Assembly: GCA_001873185.1 (NCBI GenBank)
Contig: MNYQ01000136.1
Location: 401 to 64,400, forward strand
Direction: 5' to 3'
Length of the DNA stretch: 64,000 nucleotides
Origin: Ignavibacteria bacterium CG2_30_36_16
Lineage (GTDB): Bacteria > Bacteroidota > Ignavibacteria > Ignavibacteriales > Ignavibacteriaceae
The position numbers and the translations under genes are program-made. Under the pieces are notes generated by a model. The model had not been told where the DNA came from and made no database searches. It saw nothing but the letters and a program-made list of their open reading frames with translations. Of the stretch, positions 57,214 through 64,000 are shown one piece after another; position 1 is the stretch's first letter; each line of letters opens with the position of its first letter.

Positions 57214-59149
57214 TGCAAAAAAATATTTTCCATTTGCAACTTCATCAATTGCATTTATAGTTTATCTCATTACTCTTGCGCCTTCGGTTATTCAAATCGA
57301 TTCAGGTGAATTAGCCGCTGTACAGGTAACGCCCGGAATAGCACATCCTACGGGTTATCCATTATTTACTCTGCTTGGTTATCTTTTTTCACTTGTCCCT
57401 TTCCCCTTCTCACAGATTTACAAACTTAATTTGCTTGCTGCTTTATGGTGTGCCGCCGGTGTTGGTGTTTTTACTTACTCGATGATAATTGTTTTAGATC
57501 ATTTAAAACTTTTTTCTATAATAAAAGAAAGTGCTAAGCAAATCAAAAAAAGTAAGGGCAAACAAATTGTACGAAAGACTTCCCAAAAAGAAATAATAGT
57601 TGGTGAAAAAGTAAAACTCTTTGCAGTATTTACCGGCGCGATGATTCTCACGTTCAGCAGGACATTTTGGTTTCAAAGCACTTCCGTCGAAGTTTATTCT
57701 CTTCACATACTGCTGATGAATCTTATCATTTTATTTTTAATTAAGGCATTTGTTGCCGACAAAAGTGGCGGATTAAAAGATGTTAGACATTGGCTTCTTT
57801 TTGCTTTTCTACTTGCGCTTGGTTTTTCAAATCATATGACTACTCTCTTAATTTTACCTGCTGCCGCCTATTTTTATTTTAACAGCCGCGGTTTTAATAA
57901 AGACAGCATCAAAACAATTTTCATTATGCTATCATTATTCTTTCCAATTCTGATTCTTCTTTATCTTTACCTTCCGTTTCAGGCATCTTCAAATCCTGCG
58001 ATCAACTGGGGAAATCCATTGGATTTTGAGAAAATCTTTAGACACATTTCCGGTAAGCAATATCAGGTTTGGTTGTTTTCATCTACCGATGCTGCGAAAA
58101 GACAATTTGTTTATTTCTTCAACTCGCTGCCTAAAGAATTAAATATAAGTTTATTCGTAGCTGCTGTTGGTCTGTTCACTTCCTATTTTTATGCGAAAAA
58201 GTTTTTTGTTTTTTTAATCATCGCTTTTGTATCAACAATTCTCTATTCAATTAATTATGATATCGTTGACATCGATTCTTATTTCCTTCTTGCTTTTATT
58301 TCGCTAAGTATGTTTGCAGTGTTCGGCGTAATAAAACTTGTTGAGATGCTGCATTTTAAAAAGCTGAACTTCATCGTGCCCGTTTCAGTCATAATAATTT
58401 TTATTGCAATAGAAATGTTTTCGAACTATAAAGAGGTTAACCAGAGCGGCACTTATACTTTTGAAGATTATACGAAAGCCCTTGTGGGGAGTGCGGAACC
58501 GAACTCAATAATATTTAGTTATCAGTGGGATTATTTTATCTCCCCGGCGTATTATTTTCAATTTGTAGAAAACTACCGCAAAGATGTGACGATAGTTGAT
58601 AAAGAATTACTTCGGCGTTCATGGTATTATAATCAACTTAATAGAAATTTTCCCGGTCTACTTACTGGGCTTGAAAGTGAAGTCAGTTTATTTCTCGGCG
58701 CATTGAAACCTTTTGAAAGAGATGAAAACTACAATCCCCAACTCCTTGAAACGAGGTATCGAAATATCATGACAGGTTTGGTTTCAACGAATATAGACAA
58801 GCGTGCTTTTTATATAGCGCCTGAAGTTTTTGAAAATGAAATGCAGCGGGGAGAGTTTGCATTGCCTCCCGGATTTGCTTTAGTCCCCGACTTGTTTTTA
58901 TTTAAAGTTGTAAAGAGTAATTCAAACTATATTCCGGCAAAGAACCCCGATTTTAAAATTCGTTTTCCCGCTAATGCAAATCATTACACAAATTTTATCG
59001 AACAAAAAGTCGGTTCCATGCTTTCAAACCGCGCTATGTATGAACTTAAATTCGATAAAGTAGAAAGAGCAAAACTTTACATCAATAAAATAAAAAATGA
59101 TTTTCCCGGTTATCAACTACCGCAAGGGTTGGAAGGAGTAATAAAATAA
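57206..59149 (+). CDS. Polytopic membrane protein, DUF2723 (putative glycosyltransferase) family
   Basis: 647 aa. The N-terminus (YLITLAPSVIQIDSGELAAVQVTPGIAHPTGYPLF) is typical of DUF2723. Confidence 0.78.
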   Translation: MNNAKKYFPFATSSIAFIVYLITLAPSVIQIDSGELAAVQVTPGIAHPTGYPLFTLLGYLFSLVPFPFSQIYKLNLLAALWCAAGVGVFTYSMIIVLDHLKLFSIIKESAKQIKKSKGKQIVRKTSQKEIIVGEKVKLFAVFTGAMILTFSRTFWFQSTSVEVYSLHILLMNLIILFLIKAFVADKSGGLKDVRHWLLFAFLLALGFSNHMTTLLILPAAAYFYFNSRGFNKDSIKTIFIMLSLFFPILILLYLYLPFQASSNPAINWGNPLDFEKIFRHISGKQYQVWLFSSTDAAKRQFVYFFNSLPKELNISLFVAAVGLFTSYFYAKKFFVFLIIAFVSTILYSINYDIVDIDSYFLLAFISLSMFAVFGVIKLVEMLHFKKLNFIVPVSVIIIFIAIEMFSNYKEVNQSGTYTFEDYTKALVGSAEPNSIIFSYQWDYFISPAYYFQFVENYRKDVTIVDKELLRRSWYYNQLNRNFPGLLTGLESEVSLFLGALKPFERDENYNPQLLETRYRNIMTGLVSTNIDKRAFYIAPEVFENEMQRGEFALPPGFALVPDLFLFKVVKSNSNYIPAKNPDFKIRFPANANHYTNFIEQKVGSMLSNRAMYELKFDKVERAKLYINKIKNDFPGYQLPQGLEGVIK

Positions 59150-59196
59150 ATGTTTTTGGAAAGTATGTTGAGGGGGAAAGCAAAAGAACTTAAAAT

Positions 59197-59412
59197 TCAA
59201 CAGTTAACTTCTTTTTCCTGATTGTTAAATTTCTTTAAAGCAAATGCCTTCAGATAAGATTTTACGGCAATTGGCTTTTTACATGAAACACAGAAATAGA
59301 TATATCGTTTCACTCCTTCTACTGAACACGCGCAAACTAAAGCCTGGGAGATCACTTTATTGCAATGATGACATGTTAAATCTACTTCTTCAATTTCTAA
59401 ATGTTTATCCAT
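59197..59412 (-). CDS. Small Cys-rich (zinc-ribbon-like) protein, uncertain
   Basis: 71 aa with CHHC and CVSC pairs. There is no other support. Confidence 0.3.
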   Translation of the reverse strand: MDKHLEIEEVDLTCHHCNKVISQALVCACSVEGVKRYIYFCVSCKKPIAVKSYLKAFALKKFNNQEKEVNC

Positions 59413-59742
59413 CTTTGCCGTAATATTTTTACAAATTTATTTTCTTTGAAATGATCAGTTAAAATATCAAAATTATTGTTTCAAAATGCAAGCAGGAAGT
59501 TTAGTTATTTAGAGATGACATCTTTCTACTCACATTTAAATCAGATAGAAATTACGTTTTCGTCAATAAAGTTTTCATCTATTGTCCTGCGAAAGATAAC
59601 TGTTAATTTTTCATCTTCCGACGCAGTGAATACTCGAAGAATTTCATTCCTTGAAATTCCCGGTAAGCACATGTTTTATTAATATTTGTTTTTCTTCTAA
59701 ATTTGGAGCAGCTTTATTTGTTTTAAATCCATCAAAGGAATT

Positions 59743-61440
59743 ATGAAATATATTTTGTTAGTTGTTTTACTTTTCTCCCTTTCGGTTTGTGCGCAAAATA
59801 TTATATGGAGCGACGTAACTTTTAATTATTCATCGCTGCCCGATGGAGTTAAAATGTTTCGGGGTGAGCGTCAATCGCCTGCATTAAAAACCTGGTATAT
59901 CGACGTCGATATGAACAACTCCGGTATAGGAATAAAAGCATACAAATCAAAATCCGCTTCAGGTAAAGAAGGAATAACTTCTTTTGTGCCTTCTTACAAT
60001 GCAGTCGCCGGTATTAATGGTGGTTATTTTGATACTCAAACCGGTGCATCCTACTCCGCACTTGTCACTCCCGATGGAGTGTCGGCAAAAAATATTTCAA
60101 GCGTAGTACGCGACAGCAAAACATATTTCCTAACAAGAAGTTTATTCGGTATTACAGACACACGCGAAATGGCAGTTGACTGGGTCTATCATTTCGGCAG
60201 CAACATAAAAGACATTTACAGATTTGATCAACCCATACCAAACGTGCAAGGGACACCTGCGCCTCTTCCAAGCCCAACAACCGGTGAAGCTTATTACGAG
60301 TTGATTGTTGGTATTGGCGGCGGACCGACGCTCGTAAAGAACGGGATTAAAAAAATAACTTATGACGAAGAAGTTTTTTGGGGTTCGGGTGTTGGATTAT
60401 CAAACCAGGATCCGCGCACAGCAGTTGGTTACACATCCGATAATCATGTAATAATGCTCGTCGCTGATGGCAGACAAACGGCAAGCAGCGGTTTAAGTTT
60501 AACAGAACTTGCCGATGTGATGATAAACCTCGGATGTGTTGAAGCGATGAATCTTGATGGAGGCGGCTCATCCCAGATGGCTGTTGGAAGCACTTTAATC
60601 AATCGCCCCGAAGGAGGAACATTTCAACGAGAAATTCCAACTATGCTTGCCGTAGTGAAAAATGATTCCGTGCCTTTTCTTCCTCCGGTATTTTTTAGAA
60701 AAGTGTTAGATACCGATGATCCTGAAGTTACAGTAACTGGTGATTGGACTGCATCAAGCATTGCAGGCTATTGGGGTGGAACACCCGCGCTTAAAGCCCC
60801 GCAGGGTAGCGGCGAGAGTTTTGCTGAATTTAAACTTAATCTTCCGGGCAGCGGAAATTATACGATCTACGGCTGGTGGACTTCCGCAAGCGACAGATGT
60901 TCCGATACACCTTTCATAATTAAACACAGCGGCTCGATCGATACGGTACGAGTTGACCAGACGCAGGGAAGATTTAACTGGAATTTAATCGGCAGTTTTA
61001 GTTTTTTCGGCAGCAGTAATGAGAGCGTCACAATATCCAACGCCGCAAACACTCCCGGTTATGTAATAGCCGATGCAATAAGAATTTTATCATTCGATTC
61101 CATAGCAGTACAAGTGGATGAACAATTAGACGATGGCACTAAACTAAATTTCAAATTAGAGCAGAACTATCCGAATCCTTTTGGCGATGCCATCCCTTCG
61201 GGAAATCCGGCGACAGTTATTAGTTGGCATTCCCCGGTAAGCAGTTATGTTACACTAAAAGTTTATGATGTTCTCGGTACCGAAGTTGCGGAATTAATTA
61301 ACGAAGAAAAATCATCCGGAACTTACCGTGTAAACTTCGATGCCGGGTTCGTCAGGGGCGGACTGCCAAGCGGTGTTTACTTTTACAAATTAATCGCTGG
61401 CAGTTACGTTGATGTTAAGAAAATGGTTTTGGTGAGATAA
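59743..61440 (+). CDS. Phosphodiester glycosidase (NAGPA/DUF2233) family protein with a T9SS C-terminal sorting domain
   Basis: Signal peptide present. DUF2233-like motifs are AGINGGYF and AMNLDGGGSS. The C-terminus is NYPNPFG...GVYFYKLIAG. Confidence 0.8.
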   Translation: MKYILLVVLLFSLSVCAQNIIWSDVTFNYSSLPDGVKMFRGERQSPALKTWYIDVDMNNSGIGIKAYKSKSASGKEGITSFVPSYNAVAGINGGYFDTQTGASYSALVTPDGVSAKNISSVVRDSKTYFLTRSLFGITDTREMAVDWVYHFGSNIKDIYRFDQPIPNVQGTPAPLPSPTTGEAYYELIVGIGGGPTLVKNGIKKITYDEEVFWGSGVGLSNQDPRTAVGYTSDNHVIMLVADGRQTASSGLSLTELADVMINLGCVEAMNLDGGGSSQMAVGSTLINRPEGGTFQREIPTMLAVVKNDSVPFLPPVFFRKVLDTDDPEVTVTGDWTASSIAGYWGGTPALKAPQGSGESFAEFKLNLPGSGNYTIYGWWTSASDRCSDTPFIIKHSGSIDTVRVDQTQGRFNWNLIGSFSFFGSSNESVTISNAANTPGYVIADAIRILSFDSIAVQVDEQLDDGTKLNFKLEQNYPNPFGDAIPSGNPATVISWHSPVSSYVTLKVYDVLGTEVAELINEEKSSGTYRVNFDAGFVRGGLPSGVYFYKLIAGSYVDVKKMVLVR

Positions 61441-61480
61441 AAAATATTTGAAGAAGTAATTAACTCAACAATTTCTACTA

Positions 61481-61571
61481 AGTCACCTTACGCAAAAATT
61501 TAAATTATTATTGTAGCTCGAAGCGAAGCTTCGATTTACAACCTAATTATCTGCCTTATAAGTAAGGTGTG
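61481..61571. mobile_element. MITE-like element, copy Y (no PAL-1 insert, right end degenerate)
   Basis: Has TCACCTTACGCA at 61483-61494, CGAAGCTTCG at 61524-61533 and GTAAGGTG at 61562-61569. It is collinear with 50519-50637. Confidence 0.6.
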
Positions 61572-61730
61572 TTCCTAAATTAAATCTGCGGGCAGCCGTT
61601 CAATCAGTGGTTTCTGTGTTCTGTAATTTGGTTTAAATAACTAACCGGAGTCATGATCACTTATAATAAACTTTTCTTATTTCCATTTTAATCTTTAAAT
61701 TATACCCACAACAATATCTAAAAAGTTAAA

Positions 61731-63146
61731 ATGAATATACAATTCATCTGCAATAATGCTTTGATTGAAACTGATCAATCTCCTTCAACAACGCTTCTCG
61801 ATTTTATAAGGAAAGAATTAAAATATACTGGCGCTAAAGAGGGCTGCCGGGAGGGTGATTGCGGCGCCTGCGCTGTTTTAATCGGCGAATTGAAAAATGA
61901 CAAAATAATTTATAAAACAATAAATTCGTGTTTAACTCCTCTTGCGGCGGCAAACGGAAAACATGTCGTCACTATCGAAGGATTGAATCTTTATGAACTC
62001 TCACTTATCCAGCAGGTGTTTGTGCGTGAAGGCGCTGCACAATGCGGATTTTGTACTCCCGGCTTTATTGTTGCATTTACCGGTTTTCTTTTATCATCAT
62101 ATAATTTAAGTGTTGATGAAGCTATTGATTCAATTGCCGGAAACCTTTGCCGCTGTACCGGGCACTACTCAATTATTCGGGCAATAAAAAATATACTTGA
62201 TGAAGTTCAAATAAATAATCTTTCATCTGCTCAAAGATTAAAAAAACTTGTTGACCTAAACATCATACCGGAATATTTCCTAAACATAAAAAATAAATTA
62301 GAATCATTTAAGAAGGAACAACCGCTTACCGAAACAAATGATGATGCATCATTTACAATTGCAGGCGGAACAGATCTTTACGTTCAGCAGGGATATAAAC
62401 TCACAAGAGAAAAAAATATTCTTATACATCTCAAAATTTCAGATGAATCAATTCGTATTTCGGATAACAATTGCTTTATAAATGCCGCAGTGACTATTGA
62501 AGACTTTTCGAACTCCGAAATTATAAAAGCAATCTTTCCTAATGTAAAAGAGTTTGCCAATTTATTCGGTTCTCTTCCCATTCGTAACAGGGCAACAGTT
62601 GGCGGCAATATCATTAACGCCTCTCCTATCGCTGACATTACGAGTCTGCTTCTTGTCCTTGATGCTGTTTTAATTTTTTCAAATAAAGGAAGTGTTCGTG
62701 AAGTTAAACTTTCCGATTTTTATAAAGGTTATAAACAGTTTGATAAACTTCCCGAAGAAATTCTCTCTTCAGTTTATTTCGAAGTTCCTTCCGGCAATTA
62801 TAACATCAGCTATGAAAAAGTGTCGAAACGTCTTCACCTTGATATAGCAAGCGTAAACACTACAATGTTTATTATTACGGACGATAATAGAATTAGTGCT
62901 GTTCGCATCTCCGCTGGCGGTGTAGCGCCAATTCCGATGCTGCTTAAAAAGACATCGGTTTTTCTTACAGGTAAACAGATTAGCGAAGAGACAGTAAAAG
63001 AAGCATCATCTATAGCGGCTGAAGAGATAAAACCGATAAGCGATATTAGAGGAAGCGCGCAGTATAAAATGCTGCTGCTTAACAGATTGATTCTTGCACA
63101 TTTTATAAAACTTCACCCTGAACTTTTTGAAGAGGTGACATTATGA
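61731..63146 (+). CDS. xdhA: Xanthine dehydrogenase small subunit-like protein ([2Fe-2S] plus FAD-binding domains)
   Basis: Iron-sulfur motifs are CREGDCGACAV, CGFCTPGF and CRCTGH. The FAD-binding part has AGGTDL. Confidence 0.85.
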   Translation: MNIQFICNNALIETDQSPSTTLLDFIRKELKYTGAKEGCREGDCGACAVLIGELKNDKIIYKTINSCLTPLAAANGKHVVTIEGLNLYELSLIQQVFVREGAAQCGFCTPGFIVAFTGFLLSSYNLSVDEAIDSIAGNLCRCTGHYSIIRAIKNILDEVQINNLSSAQRLKKLVDLNIIPEYFLNIKNKLESFKKEQPLTETNDDASFTIAGGTDLYVQQGYKLTREKNILIHLKISDESIRISDNNCFINAAVTIEDFSNSEIIKAIFPNVKEFANLFGSLPIRNRATVGGNIINASPIADITSLLLVLDAVLIFSNKGSVREVKLSDFYKGYKQFDKLPEEILSSVYFEVPSGNYNISYEKVSKRLHLDIASVNTTMFIITDDNRISAVRISAGGVAPIPMLLKKTSVFLTGKQISEETVKEASSIAAEEIKPISDIRGSAQYKMLLLNRLILAHFIKLHPELFEEVTL

Positions 63147-64000
63147 AAAATGATGATTGGGTAAAACACGTAACCGGCACATCTAAATTTATTAATGATG
63201 TTCCGCTGCTTAGCGGTACGCTTCATGCTTTCGTTTTTACATCTCCAATTGCCAAAGGCAAAATAATTGATCTCAATTATTTCAAAGCCTTAGAACTTTC
63301 CGGAATAAAAAATGTTTTAACTTATAAAGATATTCCCGGCGTTAATCAGTTAGGCACAATAATTAAAGATGAGCCGCTTCTTGCCGAAAACGAAGTTCAT
63401 TTTATCGGTCAGCCTCTTGCAATAATTATTGGTGAAGATGAACATTGCGTGCGTAACGCCATAAAGTTTATCGAATGCAAAATTGAAGAAGAAGCGCCTA
63501 TACTCGATCCGCGTGAAGCTTTTCGGAAAAATGAATTGATCGCTCCGCCAGTCACATTTGCGCTCGGCAATGTTGATGCAGCCTGGAAAGAATGTGATGT
63601 TATTGTTGAAGGCGCTGTAAATTCAGGCGGTCAGGAACATGTTTATCTCGAAACTCAATCTGCTTACAGTGTGCCTCTCGAAGGAGGAATAAAAATTTAT
63701 TCATCCACGCAATCGCCCACTGCAGTACAGCGTGTAACTGCCGGTATTTTAAATTTGCCGATGCACAAAATTGAAGTTGATGTTTTAAGACTCGGCGGCG
63801 GTTTTGGAGGAAAGGAAGATCAAGCAACTGTATGGGCTGCAATTGCCGGGCTTGCATCATACGTGATGCAAACTCCCGTAAAGATTTCTCTTTCCCGTCA
63901 TGAAGATATTATGCTCACCGGAAAGCGCCATCCTTATTCTTCCGATTACAAAATTGGACTTAATTCGGAAGGTGAAATTTTAGCTTATGAAGTTTATTTT
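63143..64000 (+). CDS. xdhB: Xanthine dehydrogenase molybdopterin-binding subunit (partial, continues past the window end)
   Basis: Not in the track because it is open-ended. ATG 63143 overlaps the upstream stop (ATGA). My translation is MKNDDWVKHVTGTSKFINDVP...GGQEHVYLETQ...RLGGGFGGKE. Confidence 0.85.
   Translation, partial: MKNDDWVKHVTGTSKFINDVPLLSGTLHAFVFTSPIAKGKIIDLNYFKALELSGIKNVLTYKDIPGVNQLGTIIKDEPLLAENEVHFIGQPLAIIIGEDEHCVRNAIKFIECKIEEEAPILDPREAFRKNELIAPPVTFALGNVDAAWKECDVIVEGAVNSGGQEHVYLETQSAYSVPLEGGIKIYSSTQSPTAVQRVTAGILNLPMHKIEVDVLRLGGGFGGKEDQATVWAAIAGLASYVMQTPVKISLSRHEDIMLTGKRHPYSSDYKIGLNSEGEILAYEVYF

Noticed and set aside
61580-61730. Purine riboswitch upstream of the xanthine dehydrogenase genes
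   Set aside because: No match to the conserved purine-riboswitch core (the U/C-rich three-way junction sequences) could be seen.

Overview
AT-rich bacterial chromosome segment. It is probably from an FCB-group organism (Ignavibacteria/Bacteroidota-like), because three secreted proteins end in T9SS-type C-terminal sorting domains; this taxonomy is inference only. 1-21.4 kb holds core genes: a partial S8 protease, pyrR-pyrB-pyrC, a very large NtrY-like membrane histidine kinase, an AddA-like helicase-nuclease, a cell-wall amidase, a fused SpmA/SpmB-like protein, 2-hydroxyacid and alanine dehydrogenases, a CoA-transferase and a phosphoesterase. 21.6-29.2 kb (minus strand) is a six-gene Hyf-type, group-4-hydrogenase-like membrane complex. 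Its catalytic-type subunit has lost most NiFe cysteine ligands (Ehr-like). 31.7-46.65 kb is an accessory, hairpin-rich region and the main point of interest. Six copies of a conserved multi-hairpin repeat each end in TAAC-N5-GTTA and separate unrelated modules, all on the + strand: a HEAT-UvrD helicase, a BNR/T9SS protein, a possible HEPN protein and three toxin-antitoxin pairs. For several modules the first bases after GTTA are reverse-complemented immediately after the module's stop codon. That is the circular-permutation signature of integron gene cassettes. I read this as an integron-like cassette array with unusually long composite attC-like sites; no integrase is present in the window. 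The same region and other intergenic spacers carry a dispersed 16-18 bp palindrome (at least 13 copies), a 21-bp tandem array, 7-bp microsatellites, a ~240-nt duplicated non-coding block, large composite hairpins and a MITE-like element. 46.7-64 kb returns to core genes: GH20 hexosaminidase, glycosylasparaginase, T9SS cargo proteins, glnE, a DUF2723-like membrane protein and xanthine dehydrogenase subunits (the last is partial). No rRNA, tRNA or CRISPR array was recognised.
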